Source: Octopus vulgaris (lineage: Eukaryota). Taken from it: a stretch of DNA of 64,000 nucleotides. The stretch spans positions 80,538,001-80,602,000 of the forward strand of contig OX597824.1 of NCBI GenBank assembly GCA_951406725.2, written 5' to 3'. Of the stretch, positions 28,888 through 41,968 are shown in pieces (the stretch's first letter is position 1; the number at the start of each line of letters is the position of its first letter). Position numbers and translations under genes: made by a program. The notes beneath the pieces are model-generated. The model was given only the letters and a program-made list of their open reading frames with translations. It had not been told where the DNA came from and made no database searches.

Positions 28888-29092
28888 GCACTCCGGGCGA
28901 CATGCGTAGCCGCATGTCGTCTGCCGTTACGTTCTGAGTTCAAATTCCGCCGAGGCCGACTTTGCCTTTCATCCTTTCGGGGTTGATAAATTAAGTACCA
29001 GTTACGCACTGGGGTAGATGTAATCGACTTAATCCGTTTGTCTGTCCTTGTTTGTCCCCTCTGTGTTTAGCCCCTTGTGGGTAGTAAAGAAA
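28888..29092 (+). mobile_element. SINE family A, 5'-truncated
   Basis: Body and tail match; it lies in a GTT/GGT low-complexity tract. Confidence 0.85.
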
Positions 29093-29680
29093 TTGGCAAT
29101 GGTGATTGGTCTGGTGATCTTGGTTTTGTTGTTGTTGTTGGTAGTGGTAGCGTTAGCAGAGGTAGCAGTTGTAGCTGCCATGGTGGTGGTGTCGGTGTTG
29201 ATGGTGGAATCATTGGTGGCGGTGACGGTGCTTGGTCTTGCGACAGTTGTTTTGTAGCTGTTGCTGTTGTCGATGCTGATGGTGGTGGTGGTGGTGTTAG
29301 TAGCGTTCAAACTGTCAAGTTGAGCGTATGGTGACATGGAATCCTGCTCTTTTGTTTCGGCGTCACGCTTGACTTGTGCCTCGGCCTCGTGGTGACCAGT
29401 AGCCATTTTTGAAAATAAAAATGGCTAAAATAAAACCACGAAGCTTTTGAGAATTTTAAAAATTTTACCTACAAAGAGCGAAATTTTGTGTGGACGTTAA
29501 TGAAAGTATGTGTTGGGTGTTGTACACCTTTTAGACAAAAAATGTTTGACAATCAACAATTTTAAACGTAGAAAACTACTAACTTACTTGGAGCCCATTT
29601 GACTTGCGTCTGTCCAGAGATAGGATAGATAGAATGACATAGATAGAAAGATAGATAGATAGATAAATAGATAAATAGAT

Positions 29681-30105
29681 AACGGGAAAGTTTACGAAAA
29701 TAAACAAAAGACGAAGGCAGGTGGAGTACAAACAAACAAACGTATTAGTATATATTTCTTTACTACCCACAAGGGGCTAAAGACAGAGGGGACAAACAAG
29801 GACATACAAACGGATTAAGTCGATTACATCGACCCCAGTGCGTTACTGGTACTTAATTTATCGACCCCGAAAGGATGAAAGGCAAAGTCGACCTCGGCGG
29901 AATTTGAACTCAGAACGTAACGGCAGACGAAATACGGCTACGCATTTCACCTGGCGTGCTAACATTTCTGCCAAGCGTTCAGGAATAGAAATAGAAAAAG
30001 TCTTTTACGTTTCGAGCCTACGCTCTTCGACAGAAAGATACACAGAAAAAAAACAAGGAGAGAAACAAGGAGAGAAAAAAATGCGTGTAGGCGCTAACGA
30101 TCTAT
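29681..30105 (-). mobile_element. Hammerhead-bearing repeat (same family as 15217), interrupted by SINE A at 29753-29973
   Basis: Family sequence lies on both sides of the SINE and is flanked by (GATA)n. Confidence 0.75.
30001..30038 (-). ncRNA. Putative minimal hammerhead ribozyme variant
   Basis: Minus strand reads tcttt CTGTCGA a GAGC gtag GCTC GAAA cg TA aaaga: perfect stems I and II, palindromic ACGT stem III, core A6 replaced by U. Confidence 0.5.
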
Positions 30106-30125
30106 CATGGCGTCCTGATAGATAA

Positions 30126-30199
<74 letters not shown>

Positions 30200-30544
30200 T
30201 GATAGATAATTATATGACAGACACATTCATATGGCAATATTTATATAGCAGCGTACATACTCCCTCTATTGTATATTAGCAATTATGCAGTTTTAATGCT
30301 AATTTTTTACGCTTCCCTAGTTCCATCCACGCTCTCTGTGATTATCTTCTGTTATCTCTTAAATAGTGCCTTATCTCCCGTCTTTGTTGCACTTATCTTG
30401 GAGTGGCCATGCTTGCAGGCCTTGATCTTTTCATCTTTTGCTTCCTTCAACAATCCCTGGCTTTCATCAGATTTTCATTTTACAGTCTTCGCCCACATTC
30501 TCAAATCTCGCTTGATTTCTCTTCCGTCTCGTTTTCCTTTGTGT

Positions 30545-30960
<416 letters not shown>

Positions 30961-31468
30961 ATATTGTACAAGTATCTTCGTTGAAAATGGTAGCGGGTTC
31001 ATCCAAGTATTGTATAAAATTGATTAGATGGAAATTGTGCGGAAACCCGTAAGAGGCTTTATACTTGTAATTAAAGTGACCACCGATGACCACCGATTTC
31101 ACAAACAGTATCACACATATTCTAGCTAAGATTATACTCTCTAATCCAGTCTGGATTAGACGAGCAACCAAAATACTCATCGAAACTGACGGATATCCAT
31201 TTATATAAATATATTTTTTAGCATACTCACATTGATAGAAAGAAGCACACACACAGGCACACACAGTTTGTATGTGTGATTGTGTGTATGTGTGTGTTTG
31301 TATACATATGTATGTATGCATGCACGTATGTGCGTGTTTATATATGTATATATACATAAATACATACATAGATATTTATATATATGTAATACATGTATAT
31401 AAAAATTTGCATACATGCATATATGTGCGTGTGTACGTCTGTTTCTGTGTATGTTTATGTACGTACGT

Positions 31469-31599
<131 letters not shown>

Positions 31600-32175
31600 C
31601 AGAGAGAAAGAGAGAGAGATGTCAGTGAGAGATTTACGTGTATGTGTGTGTGTGTGTGTGCGTTTTTGTGTGTGCGCGTGTGTATATAATCACTTCTGTG
31701 TATCTGTGCGTCTCTTAACGTGTGTTGTGTGACTGGAAGGTTAGTCTCTGTGCCAAATCTTCCTCACTCCACACCCATTCTCTTTGAACTGTCCCATCAC
31801 CTCTCTTAAACATTTAAGATTGTCGTTTGTCATTTATAGGCAGCAGCATTTGTCAACTTTCGCTCCCGAACGTTCGCCCTCCACGGCACACACTCTCTAT
31901 AATTATAGCCTGTTTATAATGTGGCTATGCATGTGCTTAGCAGTGTGTGAATGTGATGATGTGCGGTGTGCATTGTGTTTTGAATACTGGGAGGAGTGTG
32001 TATGTGTGTGTGTGTGTGTGTGTGGATGAGAAGTGTCGCGTCAATGAGCCTCTGTGTTCATGCTGGTGGCGGCGGTGAGTGTAAGGAGAGAGATATGTTC
32101 TTATCAGAAAGAAGTTACTATGTGAGAAATTATATTGTACGTATGCACACATGTATGCATGAACATGTATATCTA

Positions 32176-32272
<97 letters not shown>

Positions 32273-32433
32273 GTGTGTGTGTGTATATATATATATAAAA
32301 TTTATATATTTATATATATATGTGTATATATATATATGTATATATATGTATATATATATATACATATATGTATGCATATGTTTATGCATATATATAAATA
32401 TATACAGATACATATATATATATATATATACAT

Positions 32434-32483
<50 letters not shown>

Positions 32484-33866
32484 ATATATATGTGTGTGTG
32501 TGTGTGCGTGTGTATGTATATATACGAAGGCATGTATGTAGTGAGGGAGAGCAGAAGGAGAAATACATATAGTAGTGGGAGTGAGAAGGGGGAAGAATGA
32601 GAGATAGGAGGGGATACATATGGAGAGAGAGAGATAGCGGATTGGTAAACACATATCAAAAGTTAAGGACAAATTGGAGTTGACATTTAGACAGAGTGAT
32701 AGGATTGCAGAGAGAGGGGGAATGAGAGTAAGATCTCACTTTAGAGAAAATGAGAGAAAGTAAGAGAGAATGCATGTAATAATAGATTGTGTTAGATTTG
32801 TTTATGAAGTTTGCAAATGTGTGAGAGTGAGTAGGTGTGAGACAGAGAGGGAGGGATAGAGAGGGAGAAAGAGGGAGAGAGGGAGGGATAGAGAGGGAGA
32901 AAGAGGGAGAAAGAGGGAGAGAGAGAGAGAGAGGGGGAGACAGAGGGAGTTATATTCGGAGGTTAATGGGCGTTGATTGGTTGATTGTGACGTAGGAGAG
33001 TGATGTAGTGGGAATGATTGAGAGAGAATGAAGGAGCGCAACAGTCGATAGATTGTGAGAAGAGAGGGAGAGAGTAAGAGGAAGGACAAAGATAGATTGA
33101 CAGAACAAAGAGCGGTAGACAGCGGGGCTAAAGAGGGAGTGAGAGGTACAGACACATGAGATAATGAGAGATATAGGCGGAGAGAGAGAGAGAGAGAGAG
33201 GAAAGGGGGAGAGAGAAGCAGAGATAGACAGCCAGGCAGAGTAATTATGTGTGTGTGAATATGTGTGTGTGTGTGTGTGTGAGTTAGACAAACATATTAG
33301 AACAGTCCAAGTTAGGCAGCTAATTAATTCAGAGACGCCATCTGCGTGAAAATGTGATCGTTAAGTTAGTGTTAACATATTTGATTCAGGGGGCCATTAA
33401 GGCTAACAAAGAATTAAATAGAAGATTCACCGTGAATGGGTATGCGGTGGGGTAGAGAGTTAATAACAGAGAGATACCTTCTGCATAAAGTACATAGAGT
33501 TAAGCGGGTAGATTACAATATTTATTAATTTATCAAAATTTTCACCAGTAGGGAAAAGAGAGAGAATCCAATAAATTTAATAATGAATTGTGGTTAGAGA
33601 GACAAGTCGAAAATTTGAATTTATTAACCATCGATTCTGAACAATGCAGTGAAGAGCACTTCTCATTTTTGTAAATAAAAGAAATGGCTCTCAGTACGTT
33701 CTATTCTTATGTAGACCTCATCAGTGAATTATAGATTTATTCGTATTTGCAAGGCCGTAAATAACTGAGAGATATAAAGACTTTATATGAATGACCATTG
33801 ATAGAAATGACAGTTTAAGAAAAGGATTGAGAGAAATTACGAAAAGAAATGTTGAAATAGAGTCAC

Positions 33867-34278
33867 AGGCGCAGGAGTGGCTGTGTGGTAAGTAGCTTGC
33901 TTACCAACCACATGGTTCCGGGTTCAGTCCCACTGCGTGGTACCTTGGGCAAGTGTCTTCTACTATAGCCTCGGGCCGACCAAAGCCTTGTGAGTGGATT
34001 TGGTAGACGGAAACTGAAAGAAGCCTGTCGTATATATGTATATATATGTGTGTGTGTGTGTGTATGTTTGTGTGCCTGTGTTTGTCCCCCAAGCATTGCA
34101 TGACAACCGATGCTGGTGAGTTGACGTCCCCGTCACTTAGCGGTTCGGCAAAAGAGACCGATAGAATAAGTACTGGGCTTACAAATAATAAGTCCCGGGG
34201 TCGAGTTGCTCGACTAAAGGCGGTGCTCCAGCATGGCCGCAGTCAAATGACTGAAACAAGTAAAAGAGAAAAGAGAGA
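33867..34278 (+). mobile_element. SINE family B, full length
   Basis: Head, internal TA/TG tract and tail are all intact. Confidence 0.93.
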
Positions 34279-34510
34279 ATGAGAAAGGTAAATATTCGGG
34301 TTATTATAAGTGATTACGATCTAATAAAACTCGCGCGCACATACACACACGCACCCACCGACACACACACACACACGTATGGTGAGAAAGATACATTGAT
34401 AGAGAGGGAAATATACGAAGAGTGTATAACAAGTTAAAATAAAATAAGCATGTGTTAGAACTGGCAAATAGAGAAAAGCAATAATAGATATTATATATAT
34501 ACATATATAT

Positions 34511-34705
34511 AACGGGAAGGTTTACGAAAACAAACAAAAGACGAAGGCAGGTGGAGTACAAACAAACAAATGTATTAGTATAGCGCTCAGGGATAGAAAA
34601 AGTCTTTTACGTTTCAAGCCTACGCTCTTCTACAGAAAGATACACAGATAAAAAGGAGGAGAGAAACAAGGAGAGAAAAAAATGCGTGTAGGTGCTAACG
34701 ATCTA
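34511..34705 (-). mobile_element. Hammerhead-bearing repeat (same family as 15217 and 29681)
   Basis: Runs aacgggaaggtttacgaaaa...aatgcgtgtaggtgctaacgatctat. Confidence 0.75.
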
Positions 34706-34754
34706 TTATATATTTATGGCCGATAGGTTGATAAAGTGATTAACAGATATATAT

Positions 34755-35128
34755 TCTTTTAATTTTTATTTGTTTCATGACTGCGGCTATGCTGAAACAC
34801 CGCTTTTAGTCGAACAAATCGACCCCAGGACTTATTCCTTGTAAGCCTAGTACTTATTCTATCTTCTCCTTTGCCAACTCGCTAAGTTATGGGGAGGTAA
34901 ACGCACCAAGATCGCTTGTCAAGCGATGGGGGGGGGGGGGCAAACAGAGACACAAATATATATATGTATATATATATATACACGAAGTTTCCGCCTACCA
35001 AACCCAATCACAAGGATTTGAACGGCCCGAGGCTATAGTAGAAGACACTTGCTCAAGGTAACACGCAGTGTTGCTGAACCCGGAATTATGTGGTTGGGAA
35101 GCAAGCTTCATATCACGTAACCACCCCT

Positions 35129-35132
<4 letters not shown>
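34755..35132 (-). mobile_element. SINE family B, diverged
   Basis: Tail and head are recognisable. Confidence 0.75.
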
Positions 35133-35171
<39 letters not shown>

Positions 35172-35240
35172 CATATATATATACATATATACATATTTAT
35201 ATTTATATAAATACATATATATAGATATATATAGATATAT

Positions 35241-35297
<57 letters not shown>

Positions 35298-35422
35298 TAT
35301 ATATATATAGAATTAATTAAGATTCAGTTGAATTACGTACTTAAGCTGAGGCCCGAAGTCAGTCCGATATTATCCGCACAGCTCGAAGTAATATAAATAT
35401 ATAGCAAATAAGTAACAACAGT

Positions 35423-35531
35423 GTCCAGGTATTAGTGCATTACGGCCGTTTCATGCGGCTCCATTTAATCGATCAAGCATTACATCAATTTGAAATACAC
35501 CACCTTCCTCGGATGCACTAATGCCTGGACA
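35423..35531 (-). ncRNA. Putative type I hammerhead ribozyme variant with a long stem I
   Basis: Minus strand reads tccaggcattagtgcat CCGAGGA aggtgg..(loop)..ccgcat GAAA cggccg TA atgcactaatacctgga. Confidence 0.55.
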
Positions 35532-35719
35532 TCCTTATTACTTATATGCTTTATATATAGATAGACAGTTTTCAATAAAGGCAACGAACTGACATAATGC
35601 AGCACTTTTTTTCTAAAATGGCCCAACCAAGTTACTATGGACGTCCAACGATAGGTATATAGATGTGCTTGTGTTAATACATGTCATCGGCTGTCTATCG
35701 CCGGTGGACATTGAATATT

Positions 35720-36025
35720 CTTTTTCAGCAATCGTCTCTGTTCTTGATTTGCAAAAGCGATAACATCTGCAGGAGATGAAGCCACTTGACGCAACAGAAA
35801 TGTGATACCTCTCATGTGCCCTTTTGTACTCCCGCTGTTGTTTCTCCCCCAGTGGCTGGAATTACGAACTTCAGAGATCGGCGCGAATCATCGCCCGGCA
35901 CAGCTTTCTCTTCTTCCTGGGTGCCTGGGTAGATGCCGGAGTTGTTCAAATATCTCTTCAGCACATCCCTGTATCGCAACATCTGGCTACCACGGCATCT
36001 CCTAACGTAGAAAATTGCCTTTGGA
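35720..36025 (-). pseudogene. Decayed RTE-type LINE C-terminus
   Basis: Minus strand reads GRCRGSQMLRYRDVLKRYL...REYKRAHERYH...CRCYRFCKSR. Confidence 0.6.
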
Positions 36026-36029
36026 AGCC

Positions 36030-36284
36030 CTTAGGAGTTAACATACGTAACTTGTTTGTCCTCTCTGTGTTTAGCTCCTTCTGGGTAATAAAAAGAAATA
36101 GGTATTTCGTCTGTCGTTACGTTCTGGGTTCAAATTCCGCCGAAGTCGACTTTGCCTTTCATCCTTTCGGGGTCGATAAATAAAGTACCAGTTTCCAACT
36201 GGGGTCGATGTAATCGACTTAATCCCTTTGTCTGTCCTTGTTTGTCCCCTCTATGCTTAGCCCCTTGTGGGCAGTAAAGAAATA
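36030..36284 (+). mobile_element. SINE family A, tail plus tandem body unit (no head)
   Basis: Junction aaagaaataggtatttcg at ~36100. Confidence 0.85.
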
Positions 36285-36497
36285 CGTAACATGGTGAAAT
36301 ATATGGATAATTCAAAAATATATATTTGTGTGGTGTGACCGATAGAGAGATAAGTAAATATATATTTGTCATATATTCAATAAATAAGATATTACAAAGA
36401 TAACTGAAAATAAATATGATGCGCGATAAATATATAGAGAGATGTATGAGTTGTTAACATATAGGCGCAGGAATGGTTGTGTGGTAAGTAGCTTGCT

Positions 36498-38709
36498 AAT
36501 AGTTGCTTCTGCGCATGTGCGAGTCAGTGTTGTGTTTGGCACTGAAGCGGTGAAGACGTGCTTTTGAAGCCGTCTTGAATTGAAAATTTTGGAAGCCCCA
36601 TGTAAGGTAAGATTCTGTTTTCTGGGTCCAGTGGGAGTTTTTGTTGAGGATTGTTTTTTACAGGCAGGAAGTCCTACTGGATTCAGAATTCTGATTCTGC
36701 CGACATGTGGCAAATATATTTTTCTCGCTGAATTGTGAAAATTTTTGGGGGGCGTATCCGTCTTCGATAAATTGAGTGAATATTTTTCTCGCCTAATTAT
36801 GAGAATTGTATTGTGCTGTGACGAACTTTAAGAATTGTGAAAACTGTTATATAGGAGAGTGTTTTGCCTCCGAAGTTTGAACAATTTTTACCAATTTTAC
36901 ACCAATTTTTGCGGAAGTTGTGTTCCAGTTGCGGCGTTCCGGGTTCAATGTAGGCCGGGAGTACCGAATGGCCAGAAGGTTTTTGCTGTGTTATTGACTT
37001 TCTTTTTAACTTTATTTGACTTTCTTTTTAACTTTATTTGACTTTCTCCCCTTTTCACCGTGACTTTCTTCTGATTTCCTTTTCTTCTCGTTTTTTAATT
37101 TTATTTTGAATACATTTAAAAAAACCCAAAAAAAACAAAAAAAAAACAAAAAAAAAAACATGGCAATGAAAAATAACAAACTTTTGGAATGGGAGATCAT
37201 ACCGCCTAAAAAGTGGTTAAAAGACCGTGAAGATAGGACGGTGGTGTTGAGAACCTACTCCAAGGCACTCGACACCATCGCCCTATTCGAAAAGACGGCA
37301 ATTGAAAAGGAGTTGGAAGAGTATTTGCCAACAATTAAATTCAGTTCCAGGGGTGTCAAATATGCAACGGTGTGGTTGCTATTTGACACCCCTGAAAGGC
37401 TTGCAAATTTGCTAGCAAACCCCTGGAGGGTAAGGAAATCTTATTCCTGCCCACGTACAAAAAAAAGAAATTGATGAAAGCTTGGATTTGCGGGCTGCCA
37501 CCCGACATAGAACCCGAGTGGATAGAGGAGACTATCCGCCGGGGTCTGGGTGGCAGCGAAACTAAGATCCTTAATGTAAAAGTTCTTCCTGCGGCTGCTT
37601 GGGTTAGGTCAAAAGCAATTTTGACCCTGTGGACCCAATCAGCCAATCTGGTTCTTCCAGAGTTTTTGAAAATGGCCGGGTGCAGGTACCCGGTGATGCT
37701 TGAGTCGCCCCCCTAAGTGTCATCGGTGCTTGGAGTCCGGCCACATAAAGAAGAACTGTCCCCGGGAACAAAATAGGATCCCGGAACAGTTAAGTAAAAC
37801 CCCTCTAGAAGAGGGAATGACAACGGCCGAGAAAGCAGAGGACTCCTCAAACAGAGGCCGAAAGAGGAAGGTGAGCAAAAATGGGTGCTCACCAAAGGAT
37901 AATAGGGATGAGGAGAGGAAGGCGAATCTTCCGGCCAGGGAGGAGACGCACCCTCCCTCAGTTGAAAAGGGGAAAAAAAAAAAGAGGAAGAAAAACGGGA
38001 CATTGCCGGCTGTCGGTGACATAGCACCGGAATGTCCCGGAACTACGTCGGTTGGGGTTGTGCCACCGACACGAGAAGAATACCGTTGGCGGGAACTGTG
38101 CCGCCAACGAAAGAACTGAAGGTATTGGTCCTCTTCTATAGAGGAGGTGAAATTGAAAAGGTGATGGAAGAGTACCACAAGGGAGCACCTTTAGCCTTCA
38201 CACAGGACCCCGAATGGCCTCCGCAGGTAGCTGTGGAGGCCGTGGCGTTCGACGTAACGCTTGGGCTAAAGGAGCTCAATGAAGATTATAACTTGGTCCC
38301 GGGCGACGCAAACTCGGAACTTGATTACGTTCTGAGGGAGGCGTGGTTGATGGTGGAGGGCGCGGGCACAAGCTATTTCGAGGACGATATGTAATTATTG
38401 AACTGTTATTATTAGTAATGGACTGCTAAGTCCAAAAATTGAAACATTGTAAGAGGTTTAATACCTCGTTTTGTAATAATGGACTGCTAAGTCCAAAAAT
38501 TGGAAAAATTGTAAGAGGTTTAATACCTCGTTTTGTGTTTATCTTTAAAAAGAACAATGTTTTAGAGAAGCGAAAGTCGGCGGGCGCTTTTTGTCTTCTC
38601 CCATCCTTATCATCTTTCTTTCATTATCATTCACTTCATTAATGTCCTCGTCCAGCCCGCAAAGCTAACTTAATCTGTGTACTGCCTTTATGGCAAATGT
38701 TTTGAAATA
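36498..38709 (+). mobile_element. ORF1-only non-autonomous non-LTR retroelement (HAL1-like, L1/Tx1 type)
   Basis: Perfect 12 bp TSD aagtagcttgct (36486, 38710). The 5' end has tcagt..gacgtg (Inr/DPE-like) and the 3' end is aataaa. Encodes a CCHC-knuckle protein only. Confidence 0.8.
37160..38394 (+). pseudogene. Gag-like ORF1 (CX2CX4HX4C zinc knuckle), ~412 aa if three small frameshifts are corrected
   Basis: MAMKNNK..DRTVVLRTYS..TPE / ACKFASKPLEGKEILFLPTY..AWICGLPPDIEPEW..YPVMLE / RPPKCHRCLESGHIKKNCP..basic region.. / IPLAGTVPPTKELK..FEDDM*. Confidence 0.8.
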
Positions 38710-39344
38710 AAGTAGCTTGCTTACCAGCTACATGGTTCCGGGTTCAGTCCCACTGCGTGGCACCCTGGGCAAGTGTCTTCTACTATAGCCTCGGGCCGAC
38801 CAAGTCCTTGAGAGTGAATTTCGTAGACGAAAACTGAAAGAATATATATATATATATCGCTTGACAACTGATGCTGGTGTGTTTACGTCCCCGTAACTTA
38901 GAGGTTAGGCAAAAGTGACCGATAGAATAAGTACTAGGCTTACAAAGAATAAGTCCTGGTGTTGATTTGCGCGACTAAAGGCGGCGCTCCAGCATGGTAA
39001 CAATCAAATGACTGAAACAAGTAAAAGAGAGTAAAAGAGTATATTTAATGCAGGGAACAAGAATATTGTTGTAATTCGGGACGGTCATATTTTTTTCCAA
39101 ATAAACACACGCACTTTATATTCGTTCTTCACTCGTTCATTACTGCTCTTATCTTAACTCATATCTATTGCGCAGAGATTCCAAGACGATGGATATGAGT
39201 TGAAATAAGGACAGTAATAAATGAATGCAGAACGAATGTATAGTGCGTATTATTATTTGGCAAATAATAATAATAATTATAATAATAATAATAATAATGA
39301 TAACAACAGCAACAGCAACAACAACAGCAACAACAACAATAATG

Positions 39345-39404
<60 letters not shown>

Positions 39405-39430
39405 TTAATGATGATAATAATAATAATTAT

Positions 39431-40050
39431 AGGGCTACAGCAAATATTCTGCTTAATACCACAGATTTGCTTGTCAGTTGTTTGTGCCCTGATGCCGTAC
39501 CAGGCAGTGGCTCTCATGGTTTCTGACCTTAACTGATTGGAAATGTTATCATGTACATTGTTTTGTCTTGATATAAAAGATGGGCTACAGCAAATATTCT
39601 GCTCAATACCACAGATTTGTTTGTCAGTTGTTTGACGTTAACCAGCTGACCATGTCCCTTAGTGGCTGATATGTGCATCTCTGATCATGAGCGGAAGTAG
39701 TGGGGGAGCATCATAGCCATGTGTTGAGAGGGATTCTTTGGGGCCTGGATAATTCACCTCTGGAAACATGGCTGTTTCGTTCAACATCCTTAAACAACCC
39801 TTATTCAGGGAGCTTTTGAGCGGGATGGGTTACTCGACCAGAAGAAAATTCTAAGTGGGCCCCACCTGCAAGGTCATGTGCTGTTTATCTTGATAGGAGA
39901 TCACCATGTCGCACACATATGGTTGTGATGCATGTGCCTGGTGTACCCTAATCAGACGGGTAGTCATGATGGGTATACTGGGCTTCGTATATTTTATCCC
40001 AGTGTCACTTTGATGGCATGCACTGCTCTCTCACCCAATAATAATAATAA
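39431..40050 (+). mobile_element. ~600 bp repeat-like element embedded in (AAT)n, probable retroelement 3' end
   Basis: (AAT)n on both sides and a ~52 bp internal duplication (gggctacagcaaatattctgc at 39432 and 39582). Family unassigned. Confidence 0.5.
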
Positions 40051-40194
40051 TTATCATCTGGAAATACAAAAATGTTTCATCACACGGTTTCACATCAGGA
40101 ATATTGCACTCCAATTCATAAACTTAAGAACATAAAAATACTAACTATTAATAATTATGTTTAGAGAAACAATAATTAAGTAAGAGCACGAGAC

Positions 40195-40240
40195 AACACC
40201 TGACATATTTCGATATAACTGTGACTTCATCAGGGAGGTA
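40195..40240 (-). ncRNA. Degenerate hammerhead motif
   Basis: Minus strand reads cc CTGATGA agtcacagttatatc GAAA tatg TC agg: canonical core with decayed stems. Confidence 0.35.
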
Positions 40241-40863
40241 GGGAAGCAGGAGTTGGTCTATGACAATACGGAGAAGGAAGAATGAGGAAATAAACATAGG
40301 AAAGTTAATGAGAAGGAAAGGGGAGAAAAAAATATGGAAAGTGATAAGGGAAAAAAATAAAAAGACTGGAGCGATGATAGGAAAATGTATGGAAACATTG
40401 ATCGACTCGAGTTTTTGGTTTTGCTTGTTTTCAAACAACGTTCTAGGATTATAATGTCCAATGAGCGCGTTTTATTTTATAAAGCGTTACAGTAGAGAAC
40501 GGGGAATGGTTAGGGAATCTGTGACAAAAGAGATCAGATTTTGCGATAAAAGAGAGAAGAATTTTCTGGAATTTATAGAAATGAAATTTCACACCCAACC
40601 TCTTGAAAGAAAAAAAAAAAGAAAAAAAATGAAATAATATATCTTGAAAACAATAAATAAAAAGAGATATTAATAAAGAATAATTATCTACCCATGACAG
40701 CTGGCTGTTCTCTGAAATTGGCGCTCTCTTGTTAGAGGAGGTCAATAATAGAGTGGAAGGATTAGGAAGGTAGGGAAGGAAGGGGAAGGTAAGATCAATG
40801 GTGCAAAAGAGGATGAAGAGGAGGAACTAATGGAAGAAGGAGAAAAAGAATAGGGCAACAAGA

Positions 40864-40936
<73 letters not shown>

Positions 40937-40941
40937 CCTAC

Positions 40942-40996
<55 letters not shown>

Positions 40997-41001
40997 CCTA
41001 C

Positions 41002-41092
<91 letters not shown>

Positions 41093-41108
41093 CCTACCTA
41101 CCTATCTA
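40864..41108. repeat. (TATC)n microsatellite
   Basis: Directly visible. Confidence 0.95.
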
Positions 41109-41677
41109 CTTCTGGTTATGTCTCATTTTGTTTCTTCTATTTTTCTTGTCGCGCCTGGGAGTAACAGAAGATGTGAAAAAGAGGATAACAATTTAGTGGG
41201 CACAAAGAGGGAAAAAGGTAGAGGATGAGGAATACAAGTATAATGAAGTAATTGAAAGCAAAGAATGAGAACGAAAAGACGAAGGAAAAATAGACTACGA
41301 TATCGTTGATGGAGAAAGAGTTTGAGGGCAAAGAGGGAAGGAAAGATAGAGAGCGGGGAATCTTGTGGAAGAAAAGGAACAAAAGAAGAAAATAAGGAGA
41401 AATGGGAGCAGAAGAGAAGGAAAAATTGATATACCAGACAGAGAGGAGGGATGAGAAAGGAGAGAATAAGATAGAATCGAGAAGGAAATTATTGTTTATA
41501 GTTTTGGCACACGGCCAGAGGTTTTATTTCGACCCCAGTTCTTGACTGGTACTTTTATTTTGTTAACCTCTATAGGATGAAAGGCAAAGTTGCCCCCGGC
41601 GTGGTTTGAAATAAGAAAGTAAAGAGCCGGGGAGAATTGTGCAAGGCATATTATCCGTTGATATAGTAACTAACTCC

Positions 41678-41968
41678 AAGGCGGTGAGCTGGCAGAAACG
41701 TTAGCACGCCGGGCGAAATGCTTAGAAGTATTTCGTTACGTTCTGAGTTCAAATTCCGCCGAGGTCGACTTTGCCTTTCATCCTTTCAGGGTCGATTAAA
41801 TAAGTACCAATTATGCACTGGGGTCGATGCAATCGAGTTAATCCGTTTGTCTGTCCTTGTTTGTCTCTGTGTTTAGCCCCTAGTGGGTAGTAAAGAAATA
41901 GGTATACCTTGTGGGTAGTAAAGAAATAGGTATACCTATTTCTTTACTATCCACAAGGGGCTAAACAC
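41678..41968 (+). mobile_element. SINE family A with a duplicated and inverted 3' end
   Basis: gtgggtagtaaagaaataggtatacct occurs twice, followed by the inverted atttctttactatccacaaggggctaaacac. Confidence 0.85.

Larger units (their letters stand above)
36463..39040 (+). mobile_element. SINE family B split by a 2.2 kb insertion
   Basis: The head at 36463-36497 continues at 38722 (taccagctacatggttccggg) through to the tail at 39040. Confidence 0.9.

Noticed and set aside
28349-29406. Thr/Asn-rich mucin-like ORFs
   Set aside because: Low-complexity GTT/GGT tract interrupted by a SINE, with no splice or domain support.
31829-31902. Possible terminal exon after tttatag (AAAFVNFRSRTFALHGTHSL*)
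   Set aside because: Too short, with no recognisable homology and no partner exons.
40449-40745. Possible decayed GIY-YIG endonuclease (SFIAKSDLFCHRFPNH) next to a hammerhead motif
   Set aside because: The similarity is too weak to call without a profile search.
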